DNA of 63,161 nt, the filler included, from Octopus bimaculoides (lineage: Eukaryota): the NCBI RefSeq assembly GCF_001194135.2. It is 3 parts of 3 records of this genome, joined end to end, with 100 filler letters (N's around TTAATTAATTAA, not from the genome) between each part and the next. Parts side by side here need not be neighbours in the genome. Positions count along the whole stretch, not along the records: positions 1 to 29,167 come from NC_068992.1; positions 29,268 to 53,324 come from NC_068988.1; 1 more part is not named here. One strand, given 5' to 3'. Of this stretch, positions 25,941 to 38,843 are shown piece after piece; the stretch's first letter is position 1, and each line of letters begins with the position of its first letter. The notes beneath the pieces were generated by a model, which was given only the letters and a program-made list of their open reading frames with translations, was not told the DNA's origin and did not search any database. The position numbers and the translations under genes were made by a program.

Positions 25941-27191
25941 CTTCTCTTTATAAATGTTCTGAAAACTATTCACAACCTTGGATTTTTTAATCTCATTCTA
26001 TTAATTTATATATNNNNNNNNNNNNNNNNNNNNNNNNNNNNNNNNNNNNNNNNNNNNNNNNNNNNNNNNNNNNNNNNNNNNNNNNNNNNNNNNNNNNNNN
26101 NNNNNNNNNNNNNNNNNNNNNNNNNNNNNNNNNNNNNNNNNNNNNNNNNNNNNNNNNNNNNNNNNNNNNNNNNNNNNNNNNNNNNNNNNNNNNNNNNNNN
26201 NNNNNNNNNNNNNNNNNNNNNNNNNNNNNNNNNNNNNNNNNNNNNNNNNNNNNNNNNNNNNNNNNNNNNNNNNNNNNNNNNNNNNNNNNNNNNNNNNNNN
26301 NNNNNNNNNNNNNNNNNNNNNNNNNNNNNNNNNNNNNNNNNNNNNNNNNNNNNNNNNNNNNNNNNNNNNNNNNNNNNNNNNNNNNNNNNNNNNNNNNNNN
26401 NNNNNNNNNNNNNNNNNNNNNNNNNNNNNNNNNNNNNNNNNNNNNNNNNNNNNNNNTATATATATAAAGTAAAGTTGTAAGGTACCGCACGAGTGGAATT
26501 ATGTATGAAAGAAGGTTTGAAAATGCAAATTTAAAGATGTTTATTTACTTGACCGGTTTCACTTTTAAGAAAAAGATTGTCAAAAGTAGAATGTAAAGCT
26601 TTGTATGAGCTTTGTTGTGTTAAGTACTGGTTATCACAAAAGTATTAAAATACAGATATACATTCTTTGATAATAATAAGAAAATGTTAAAGTTTACAAG
26701 AAAGTATTTAAGAAAGTAATCAGAATGGGACTCCAAAGAGTATTATGAGTTCAATAAAAATCATGTTTGTTTGGTAGTATATATATACACAGAAGGAGAT
26801 ATATTTAAGAATTTACAAACAATTGTAGAGGAATAATTGACCTGTCTTTAGAAAGAGTTTCGGTGGGCAATTTAAACTGGTCGTGTGCATACGTGCATAC
26901 ATATGTATGTATACGTGCGTATATGTAAGTATTCGTATGTTGTATATATATATATTTGTATTTATGTACTATTTTGTGTGTATTCCACTGATGGCAAAGC
27001 ATTTCCTATGCAAATCCAGAAACCCAAGAACTGGAATTATCCAATAATTTTTTGCTAGTTTATTTTGTCTCTTTGGCTTCTCTCCTGGTGCTGTATGAAT
27101 ATTTAATGTGGTTTTAGAGTCAAGTTTTGGCTGTTATATCTAGCATGGAAGTATCTTTTAGATACCCTTAATTATAATTATNNNNNNNNNN

Positions 27192-27253
<62 letters not shown>

Positions 27254-27545
27254 ATGTATATATGTATGTATGTATATATGTATGTATGTTTGTATGAGCT
27301 GCAATGGAGGGAGATATAAACAAATATTTATTTAGATGAAAATACTGAGCTACCACCGCAAGCAACTATTCATTTATGCATAAGCTGTTTTTTTTTGTGA
27401 TGACGCTCGGACGAAGCGTATCAGTGAAAATTAAGCGGTTTATAACTTCAAGCAGAAAATATGATATCCTGATTGTGTTTGAGATCCATTAATTTTGATA
27501 TCACCAGTCGTTTAATAACATTATCCATGATGATAGTATCAACAG

Positions 27546-27617
<72 letters not shown>

Positions 27618-28700
27618 ACACACACGTGCACACACACGTGCACACACACACTCACACACACATATACAGAGATAGACAAGAGGGAGTGAGAGAGAGAAAG
27701 AGAGATGCGGAGGAGAGAACGACTAGCAAGATAAGATAGCTGCACGATCAAAATTATTAGGTCGACGCTGTGAAATTTAGATACAATTAATTACGATGTT
27801 TCGGATAAAGTCTCTCTTCGGAATAAAGATGTAAAATGGTAAGAGTTGGAGGAAAGTCAAAACTAATCGTTTTCGTACGTGTCGTCGGCATGATTAAAAA
27901 AGAAAATACATAAAGATAAGCGTTTTCTTGATAATTTTCGTATAGTATTTCAAAATATATTCAAATGATAGATAATTCAAGAGAAAATAGGCTCGGATTA
28001 CCAGATAAAAGAGTGAAGACGTGTTACCGAGAGAGCTGGAATTATGAACCGTTCAGTTATATCGTATTTAACGAGATACCACATGTATGCATTGAGTTCT
28101 GTAATTTATTGGTTTTCGGCGAATCAACAGAAATTTATACACACTCACCCACAAACACAGACGCGTGAGTGTGAATGTATGTATGTATGTATGTATGTAT
28201 GTATGTATGTATGTATGCATGCATGTGTTAGGGAGAGAGGAAATGAAAAAAAGAGGACAGACAGCAATACTTCACAAATGGAGAAGAACCAAAAAATTAC
28301 GAGAAGAGGAAACAAACAACACCCACATAGGATAGTTTTATAGAATTGAAAATCCAAGGTTAAAAAACAATAACAGCAGCGATAGAACAAATAGTTATTG
28401 GAAATATATCTTAGAATCGTAGGACTGAATTCTCACAAAAGAATGTGTTATAAACAAACAAACAAACAGAAAAAGAGCAACAAAAAATCCTCACAAAATA
28501 CGCACACAAAAACAGAAGTGTTTTTAATGAATATGTTTTCACATCAAATTCTTTTCTTTCGAAAGCATATATTTTTTCAAATTAAATTTTATTAAAGAAT
28601 ATCTCATTTGTCAAAAAAGAAGAATGCAATTTTCATTACCATTATCGAAATCCTTTCAACTTCCCACTTTCCTTCCTTCCTTCCTTTCTTTCTTTCTTTA

Positions 28701-28773
<73 letters not shown>

Positions 28774-29056
28774 AATCGATTCCTTTTTCTAACATATGCT
28801 CCTCTTTGCCTTTCTGCCGGTATTCCTGCCTGTTTGCCTTCTTCCGTTGCAAAAATCTTTCTTCCCTCCCTCTTCTCCCCCTCCACCACATCATTGGCAT
28901 CTTTTCCTCTCTGTCTTGTTGTTGTTGTTGTTGCTCTTGTTGTTTTTATATTCTCCTATCCTCTTCGTTCACATACACACTCCACTTTCTTCATTATTAT
29001 CGTCTTCTTCCCTTTTACATCATCATCAAGATTTCTTTTATGCGATAATAATAATG

Positions 29057-29121
<65 letters not shown>

Positions 29122-29211
29122 TATTATTATTGTAATTATTATTATTATTATTATTCTACACTTCTTTNNNNNNNNNNNNNNNNNNNNNNNNNNNNNNNNN
29201 NNNNNNNNNNN

Positions 29212-29223
29212 TTAATTAATTAA
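29212..29223. other. Artificial scaffold spacer (N44-TTAATTAATTAA-N44)
   Basis: Exactly 100 bp, identical design at 53325-53424; stops in all six frames. Confidence 0.95.
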
Positions 29224-29379
29224 NNNNNNNNNNNNNNNNNNNNNNNNNNNNNNNNNNNNNNNNNNNNCATACACACACACATACACATATATATATATAC
29301 ATATACATATATATATACATATATATACATATACATATATAAATATACATTTATGTGTGTCCGCGTGTCTACATTCAAG

Positions 29380-29700
29380 TGTGGTTCTCTGGTAAGAAGC
29401 TTGCTTCCGAGTTCGGTTCCTACTATAGCTTCGGCCTGACCAAAGCCTTGTGAGCGGATTTAGTAGACGGTAAATGAAAGAAACCCGACGTGTGTGTGTG
29501 TGTATCTCTTTGTGAGTCTACTACCGCCTTGTCCTCTGCTACCGCTTGAAAACCGGTGTTGGTAACTTAGAGATCAAAAGTATAAGCACCAACCTTTTAA
29601 AAAATAAGAAATACTGGAGTCAATTTATTCGATTAAAATCTCTTGAAGTTTAGTCCCAGCATTGCTGCAGTCTAATGGTGGAAACAAGTAAATGACATAA
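29380..29700 (+). mobile_element. SINE family B (diverged)
   Basis: GGTAAGAAGCTTGCTTCC..CCAAAGCCTTGTGAGCGGATT..GCAGTCTAATGGTGGAAACAAG. Confidence 0.72.
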
Positions 29701-29714
29701 GATATATATATATA

Positions 29715-30020
29715 TACTATTTACTCTTTTACTTGTTTCAGTCATTTGACTACGGCCATGCTGGAGCACCGCCTTTAGTCGAGTAAATCGATCCCAGGAC
29801 TTATTCTTTGTAAGCCTAGTACTTATTCTATCAGTAACTTTTGCTGAACCGCTAAGTTACGGGGACGTAAATACACCACCATAGGTTGTCAAGCGATGGT
29901 GGGGGGACAACACAGACACACAAACATATACACATATACATACATATATACATATATACAATGGGTTTCTTTCAGTTTCTATCTGTCAAATCCACTCACA
30001 AGGCTTTTCGGCCCGAGGCT
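29715..30020 (-). mobile_element. SINE family B, tail-to-tail with the previous copy
   Basis: Reverse consensus match. Confidence 0.82.
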
Positions 30021-31426
30021 ATTTACTATATATATATAGTAAATACATAAACATATAAGTTCTACAAAATAACCAAATTGAATAGAAAAACTACATTGGT
30101 CGTCTATTTAAAAATGACTACAATAAAATATGTGCCAAACACCATTCGTCTTACGGCATGTAGGCAAGAAGTAAACCACTAATTTATGTTATCTTGCCAA
30201 AAATACCGTACACACCACACCCAGTGGGACATTTTAACGATCCATGCTATCGATAATGGGGCAAGAATGTTCAGGATTTCTATAGCTCAAAGTACTTATA
30301 TTCTTTTTAAATCTAAGAACCACACCTGTTTTTACTTCACTGTTCCCAGAAGTATTCGCTCAAAGACGTAAGAGTATCCGGTCTTTCAACGGCTAGCACA
30401 AAACATCTTGTTCCAAATAGCTCTATTTCGTCACAGTTGAGCACCTGCTATGAAACGAAACCACCTTTCTCAATAATGTTTAAAAACACGTGGTACTCAC
30501 AAGTTGCTTTATGGTCTGCACTAGTGACTCACCATACTTCATAGGACTATGTAATCCATTTCTTTTCCGGAATCTTGCCTCTTGAAGTTAGAAAATCATG
30601 CACTGAAGTGTCATTTCTGTCGGGAGAATTCACTCTAAAATCATCAAACAATTTTTTGATGTTTACACATATTATCGTTTAACTTTCATTAAGGAAAAGA
30701 AATTGCATGTTACAACAAACATAATTGTTACGTGATTTACAACGTTTGGTAATTCCCTTAGTTATTTGAACACTTTTTACTTTATATGTTTGTTTATCAG
30801 TATGAGCAGAATGTTGATTTTTACCTTTCTATATTGCGATTAAAGGTTATTAACATTTGTTCCATTGTGTTTACATAATATTTCCTACTTAGTTTCTATG
30901 GCAATTGATTTGCTCACTCGCTTCTGTCCAGCCACGGTTATGTTTTCAGCATAAAATATGAGATATATAAAAATATGATATGATAATTTTCAAGTTACAT
31001 ACAATGTATACATGTGCATTAATAAACTGTTCGTACAGGCACTTCCAGCTATTTCTATGTGTGTGCAGCCAACTCGCAGTTTGTTGTTCAAATTTCAGCT
31101 CGTCGGTTGAATATAGTTTTCCTCAGAAAAAATCTGTTTTTTAAGCAATTTGTTCATCCAACGTAGCGTTCGTATATGCTCTCCTAGCAGCACTAACAGG
31201 CACACATAGTCTACTCATAATTTGTTGTTTAATTTTCGGACACTTAGATGAATGGGCTCCAAGTCATTGATACACGTTCGTAGTCTGCTCGTGGTTCTTA
31301 CGTTAATTTACAGCTCATAATGCGAGTTTAATTTTCTTCAGGTAAAACCCTTCATTTTTCATTTTGTTGGTATAGAGAACCGTTCGTATACAGGTACTTC
31401 ACTGTAGATATGTGTGTGTGTATACA

Positions 31427-31510
<84 letters not shown>

Positions 31511-31580
31511 ATTAATATAATGTGGTAAAAATTCGATATTAATTAATATCAATTTAATATCAATTTAATAATATATATAT

Positions 31581-31790
31581 CCTTTACTTGTTTCAGTCAT
31601 TTGACAGCGGCCATTCTGCGGAACCGTCTTGAAGGTGTTTTAGTCAAACAATCAAACCCAGAACTATGTTTTTAAACCTAGCAGTTATTCTCTCGATCAC
31701 GGTTGACAAACCGCTATGTTACGGAGACGTAAACACACCAACACCGATTCTCAAGAGGTGGTTAATGATGAAACATAAACACAGTCGCAC
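31581..31790 (-). mobile_element. SINE family B 3' half
   Basis: CTTTACTTGTTTCAGTCATTTGAC... reverse match. Confidence 0.75.
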
Positions 31791-31805
31791 ACACGCAAAC
31801 ACACT

Positions 31806-31879
<74 letters not shown>

Positions 31880-32436
31880 CAGATAAGGAAATAATTTTAT
31901 TCTCAAACGCAGGATAATGCTAATAAAATTATTTCCTTATCTGTATCTTTCAATACATCTCAACAGCTTTGTTCACTTTCAACGTAAGTTGAATTTAATG
32001 TACGATAGCGATTTATGAAGCTACGTTTATATATCCTAAATTTGCAGAAGAATTTGGTTTTCTGGCAATTTAGCTTAATGATAAAACACTTGACGCGTAA
32101 TCACAGGGAAATGAGTTCGTGTCGCATGGCTGGCCGTCGACAAATTTTTGTGCAAAATATGGATAGTTTATCCTGTTCGTGCATTTGAGAATAAACATTA
32201 TTTCTGTATCATTCAATACATTTCAACGCTTCTAAAGCAAACTTTGTTGACTTTCAATATAAGTTGAATTTTACATATATTATATATATATATATAGAAT
32301 ATGAGGTATTTAGTCCACTTTTGATCCAAACGAATGGGTACGCTGAGTGTGTTATAGCTAGTTGGTCTTCCGTTAGGTTGCAAGTTCACAGCTGTGGCTC
32401 GATCTAGGGATCCGTATTAGGGTTCCATTGTAGCGA

Positions 32437-33003
32437 ATATATATTACGTTAAAGGAAAAGGCAAAACCAAGGCGTAACGAGTATCTCAAGTCATTTAGAA
32501 TAATTTAATTAGGATAGAGTGAATTTGAAATATTACAGCTGTTTATGGGATCAGCCATGTGGTAGGTTAGCATGTCCACGCATTGTGTGTTCCGTCATTA
32601 GAGACAAGGTATGAATATTTTAGACAGGGAAAATTTAGAGTTTACAAGAAATAAAATTCAGTTTATAAGGATTAAAATAGAAAAATAAAGAGTAAAGCGG
32701 GAGTTGGGAACACTATTCTCCCGCCTGTATTCTACCTTTACTCTTTATTATTCTACTTCATTCCTTATAAAGTGTGAATCTATTTTATTCCTTGTAAACT
32801 CTAAAGTTTCCTGGTCTAAAATATTTATGCCTTGTCTTTGATGACGGAACACCCAATGCGTGGACATGCTGGCCTACTACTTGGCTTATCTCAGAAACGG
32901 CTGTAAGACTTCAAATTCACCTTACCCTAATTAAATTAATCTAAATGACTTGAGATACTCGTTCCGCATTGGTTTTGCTTTTTTCTCAAATATAATATAT
33001 ATA
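32437..33003. mobile_element. ~570-bp palindrome of two Penelope-like termini, each with a hammerhead-like motif
   Basis: Arms of ~270 bp meet at GCGGGAG-14 nt-CTCCCGC (32697-32724); right arm GTCT-TTGATGA...GAAAC-GGCT-GTA-AGAC, left arm (minus) GTCT-CTAATGA...TAAAC-AGCT-GTA. Confidence 0.75.
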
Positions 33004-33149
33004 TGCATGTGAGTGTGTGTGTATGTATGTATGTATGTATGTATGTATGTATGTATGTATGTATGTATGCGATGGGCCTCTTCCTCAAGATGCCACGCAG
33101 TAGGACTGAACCCGGAACCATGTGACTGGGAAGCAACTTCTTATCACCC

Positions 33150-35850
33150 AGCCAAGGGTCGCATCGTACTTACATTTTTCCATTCATTGGTTACTTCTCA
33201 TCCATTTGGGCCCGAAATTTTGACTAATACCTCTTTCCATCGTCTTGGAGGTCTCCAAATGGGGTTCTCTTTCCGATTTCCTGAATTTAGTTCCAAAATT
33301 GCTGATGTCACCTACTGCTAGTGAACCTTGAGACATTTTCAGCCCAGCAGAACTTGCAATTTCTGTTTCCCATGATTACATCTTTCACTCCAATTCATTC
33401 TCAAATCATTTCGTTTTGGATATGCTTCCATAACGGATTTTTCCAGAGTTGATATTTCCAGTCATTGTTCTTCTTTCTTTGCAACAGCTCAGGTCTGATT
33501 TGCACATTGAAATGCAGACAGGAGGGTGTTATTGAAGATATTAGTATGCTGGATCTTATCCGGTTGTGATTTGATAACATACTTAATCGAAATAAATGCC
33601 TTCCACTCCATTCTAACATCGCGCTAGATTTTAACCATCATATCTTCATATTTATTTACTGCTTGTCCTAAGTAGATGTAGCTCTTCATGTTCTCAATTT
33701 TACCGCTTTCAACCAGTATTCGATAGTGAGCTACAATTTCAGACGATGTATTTTTTTTACCTTGTGCTGCTGAACTCTGGGTGCCCAACTCCATCAGCCT
33801 ATAGCTTATTTGAGCTTTCGGTAACAAGTCTACGAATTGAAGGTTCGCTTATAGTTTGTCCTTGTTGTTGATGCCTCCTTTCTAGTTAATGTCTCTAAGG
33901 TCGTTCGGAGACATTGGGAATGAGCATTGAAAAATGATTATTTCTCGTTTGACACTATTTTTCACTGGAGCTATTACGGGCGCTTACAGCAGAGCTAGAT
34001 TCTTAGTTTTCTTGAGACGTTTAGTATATTCTGCCTCGGCTCCTTGCATCTCAAGAGATTTCAGCACTGCAGTCATCTCTCCACTATTAAAAGTCTTTAC
34101 ATAATCTAACAACGCAACGCAGAGTCGCAGCTTACAATATTTCGCTCGTTCTAAAAGCTATGTTACAGTGAATATATATGTATAGACTATCGTGCCATAG
34201 TTATTACGAAAACCCTCTCGCTCCCTCTCTTGTTTGTTGTCACGATGTGAAAATCTGTTGACAATAACCTTTGTAAACAGCTTGTAGATATGAGACAAGA
34301 AATTGGCATACGGGGCGATAGTTTCTGATATTCCCTATCAATATTCTTATATAACAAGAAATTGTTCGGCTTCTTACACAGCAAGAGTTTTTAAATATCG
34401 ATTGTAAGGTAGAGTGAAACTTTTCCATAGCTGCTCTTCTGCTCCGTTTAATATTTTCATTGTTATACCATGCTTGTCGGACGTTTTACCTCTCTTCATT
34501 AGTTTTAAGCATACCAGAATGGGCAACATATCTGCAGACACTTGAGTGTCATTGGTGAACAGATAGGGTGGGCGGAAGTTTTCACAAATCTCCATCTCTC
34601 TTTTGCTCCTTCAGTATGAGCCTCTTTTTGTTGGCGAATACTGTAATTTCCTATTATAGTGCACTTCTTTGGAATTTCTTCTCCACTGCACTTCTTTGGA
34701 ATCTCTCTCTCTTCTGCATCCCACAGTTATTTCTTGCGTGTATGCGTTCTGAAAATCTATTTTGATATGTCATTTTATAACCTTTTAGATAACGGAATAT
34801 GCAAAGGATCTCCCATGTTATTTCTCCATAATCATGCATTTCTTTTGCATTTTCCTAGTTTTCTCGAAGATCTTTCTATTCGATTCCTGCGGATTTAATT
34901 ATTGCTTTACATATGGAGTTTTTCATTCCTGTATCGTTGAATTATAATTTGTTTTGGGATATGGTTTGCAAGAATCCTTATGCGAGTTCGTGTGTTGAAG
35001 CATATTCTGTTGTGTCTGGGGAGAGTCATTTACTTTTTGTGCCTTACAGTTATAATTTTAATTGCTATCAATTCCTTCAAGCTGATTCCAGATATTGTTC
35101 CTGATAGCATCATGAAACTTGATGCGTTGATTATTCATCGAGGTGTGCAGAATCTTTTTTTCTCATCCATTTTTCTTTCTCAAAGGTCCTCTTGACCTTT
35201 GATCGAACCTTGTTATCGTCGCTGCCACCGTCGAATGACTCTCCGACTACGATGATCTACTGTGTGCGTCATTTGTCAGTCGGAATTTAACCGATCCCAT
35301 TTAGGTGCTGAGTGTTTTGTGTTATCAGCGTGCACCTCTATCTAGATGTTTTCATAAACAGTCTGTTCTCGGTATGAAGACTTTTCGCCTCTGCCATTGT
35401 GAATAAATGCTCTCTTCTTTCATTTTTCTATCCCAATCCAAATTTTTCAACATGTTTTTCACACTGTCACTCTTTTCGGAGCTTTGTGTTGTAACACTCG
35501 TCATGAAATTGTAAGTGAATTTGTTAAGCTAAAACTTTATCCACTTCCTTGCTGTCACAAGACTGTATGACCTTCCGTGAAGCATTTCCTAAGAAACGAA
35601 AGTTTAGCATCTCCGTATATGATGAAGGCAAATGACAGGATGCAATTTTCGACATTTCTTTACTCACGATGGAACAAATGCCATCTTTTGCCATAGCTCC
35701 CTCTGACTTTGTGAGATTCATGACACTTCCGTTCATCCATCTCGCGTTTAATTCTTACCTTGTACGTGATTCGCAGTATCTTCGTACGCTACACTTGATC
35801 TTAACATTCTCATTTATTAAATGGGTCATAGTAGTTTTGTTTACAAATAC
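33150..35850 (-). mobile_element. RTE-clade LINE, near full length, heavily decayed (APE plus RT)
   Basis: APE-like DGICSIVSKE..LNFRFLG..KVIQ; RT-like LMKRGKTSDKHGIT..EQLWKSF; KIENMKSYIYLGQ; 3' region resembling GRPP.RW. Confidence 0.78.
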
Positions 35851-35949
35851 CTAAAATTGCCGGTGCTAATAAGTTTGTTGTCGGAATCCTTTACAGCCTA
35901 TAGGTACTTGAGTCACTTAACAGAATCTCATCGCTCAGATTTCGTTCTG

Positions 35950-36330
35950 CCGCCGTAGAGCGGTCCTATTGACTCGTAGAAGACTGAAGCCCTCCTCAGT
36001 ATCATTCCAGCAATTATACGACGTCACCTTGCTTTGCTATGCTAGCAGGCCTTAATCAACATGCCAGCGCAGCTAATTTCCAACCTCTGGAATCTCTGGA
36101 AGTTAATCTTACCGTTGAATCGGTATACCAGTACGGTTGTAATTTGGTTGGATTTGCCAGGTTATGCGACCCACCACCATAGCTATTGAATAAGCATTAC
36201 CACTTTTCCAGCTCTATCAGGCGTAGAAGTCAAGTTTACGCGCTATTGGTGATTTCTCTTCCTTCTTTGGACTTTCTCCTTTCTCCTTTCCAACGAAGAG
36301 CTAAGCTCGAAATGTTAAACTCTGTCTTTT
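35950..36330 (+). mobile_element. Probable Penelope-like 3' terminus with a degenerate hammerhead
   Basis: CCAACGA-A-GAGC-taa-GCTC-GAAA at 36290-36312; upstream frameshifted KTEALL..AGLN resembles a GIY-YIG C-terminus (weak). Confidence 0.45.
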
Positions 36331-36379
36331 TACTGAGCGTCTAGTGTCAGTTTTTGTCCAATCTACAAAAGTTGCTACG

Positions 36380-38700
36380 TATCTAAGTAAATACTGCCCA
36401 TGTATTTACAGCCTTCACTGGACTCGGCCCATTTAGCTTTGACTTCATTAGTTTCTTCACCCATCTGATGTATTCCTTCTCAATTTTCGTTTTCATTTCT
36501 GTAGTTAGTACTCTGTCAGAATCTAATACTTGTAGATACTCTCTCCTCCTTTCAATGATTTTAATGCCTGGCCATCTTGTAACTGGATGCCTTTGATGTC
36601 CCCTTCTCATGACTAATATTGCACACTTTTCTATGCTAAATTCCATGCTTATATTATTGCTGAAGAGTCTTCAATCTGTATTGAGAAATCTATCTATTCT
36701 GGATTCTTACTAAAAATCATCATATCACCCATGTAGATCTTTTCCCTAACTATTTCTCAACTGATATCCTGCCTTTGCTTTCCTAAATGCCAAACTGAGG
36801 GGTGTCAAACATAAGACAAATATTAAAGGGGACAATGAGACCCCTGGAAAATTCCTCATTTGATATTTACTTTCTCTTACAGTGTGTCACCGGAGTAGAT
36901 ATATACTTTCCATTTCTTCATACTAAAGCTAATAAATTCTTATGTTCTCAGCTATACTGAATATACTCAGACATTCTCTTATCCATGAGTGTTAGCTCAA
37001 GCTTTCCTATAATCCATCCATGCGACTGTTAGATCTTTATTTCTAGCTTTTACTTCATTTAGAACTGCTTTGTCTATATACAATAGATCATGCGTTACTC
37101 TAACCTTCTTCCTGCATCCTTTCTGTTTTTTTTTTGTTTTTTTTTTGGCAGTAACTTCTGGTTGTCAAGATGGTGGAAGATGCTTTCTGAAAGCATTCCT
37201 GTTATCAGCTTCCACACTAATAGTAGGCAAGTTATTGGTCTATAATTGCTAGCTGTATTACCCTGTTTCTTATCTTTCATTATGGGTATTGTTCTTCATC
37301 TAGCCATCCAATATAGAATTATTCCTCCATTAAGGCAATTCTGAAGTTGTTCCCTTCCAATTCGGCATTTTCCCTAACACTTTACTTATTAATGCACTAG
37401 TCAATCTTACATCTGGCTGCTTCTCACTCATTATTTCTTGCTTCACTTCCTTTAACCATACTGAATCTCCATTATGATTGACTGGCTGATCCCAAATATT
37501 ACTCCAGAACTTTCTAGCCTTTTCTGCATTAGGTTTCTAACCTTCGTTCTTTATTCTCCACTATTTATTTGGTTATAAAATCTCCTCTGATCTGTCTCAA
37601 ATAATCTATTCTGTTGATACTGATCCATTCTTTTGTGATATCTGGAGAGCTTGCCTGCTGCTGCTATGATACTCTGTTTCAACTCTTCTATTACTGTCCC
37701 AAATCCTTACTCATTGACTAAGTATTTTTTCTGAAGGGAAGATTTGTATCTTGTGTTTCCTAACTATTTCAGTCTCCAGGCTTCTATTCTACCCAGGTCT
37801 TGTTTTAAAGTCTTCACTTTATTTTGTAGTCTCGCTTTCTACAATTGCTCTTTTATAATCTTTACCTGTGAGATTTCTAATCTTCTAGAGACTACTACCC
37901 ACTCCTGCATAGATCAATAAGTTAGTGTCATCTATATTTTTAGTATCTGTCCGACTGATAACATAATCTACTTACCTAATCATTTCTTGCAGCATCCTTC
38001 TGTTGCTGCGTTTTAATGATGGCAATCTTATGCTTACTTCTTTACTCATTACTTCCTGCAAATCATCAAAAATCTTCTGATCTTCCTCACTTAAATCATT
38101 TAAGTCTCTTCCTTATTGGTAGCGCTATTATTATTTTTTTCTTTAGTTTCTTCTTCTATCTCTTATGTTGTAGTTTGCCTTTCCTACTGCCTGGTCTTTC
38201 GTTTCCAGTTTTATTCTGATCTCTTCTACCTCTAAATCTGTCATTCACTTTCTCCTTCTAATAGTATAGGCCTGAGCTACTAATCTCTGCTCAGTCACGT
38301 TAAACACACCCTTCTCTACTCAATGTGTTAACTAACGTTTTCTATAGCATCTTCTTTTAGAGTCACTTTCTAAGTAGCACTGCATCATTATTCTGTTTTC
38401 TTCGCTGGTCCTCTTCTTCCTCCTTACTCTGCTATCTGCTGATGCTGTATTAGGATAACATATGTGGTCAGTTTGCATCTTTACTTGGAACACTGTTGAA
38501 CGAGAGGCCTTCCCTTCACGGTCCAGCTTCATTTTCGCTGTTACAACCAGAATTCTTCGGAAACTCCTGTCTCTAATAAACGGAGGTAAGGTAACGTTCG
38601 TCACGAGCGTCATCACCACTATTACTTTTCGACATCTGATATTTTCAAGCAACTTTCTATTTAGTGCACCTTTGTGCTGGTGGGGTGGTATGTGCTGCAT
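36380..38700 (-). mobile_element. Dong/R4-clade LINE, 5' two-thirds (N-terminal domain plus RT), decayed, 3' end missing
   Basis: RTSEENRIMMQCYLES..YRKR; SNYRPITCLLLVWKLITG; MEFSIEKCAIL..KEYIRWVKKLMKSKLNG..AVNTWAV. Confidence 0.85.
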
Positions 38701-38786
38701 CTTTTGGGAGGTGGGGGATATTTTATTCTATTGTTTTGTTATGGAGTTTGGTTTGAGTCTTCTTTTGTATTAATTTGTATATTGTG

Positions 38787-38839
<53 letters not shown>

Positions 38840-38843
<4 letters not shown>

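Noticed and set aside
30492-30625. Minus-strand segment with a GTGAGT donor
   Set aside because: Stops in all frames from the obvious acceptor; cannot be supported as coding.
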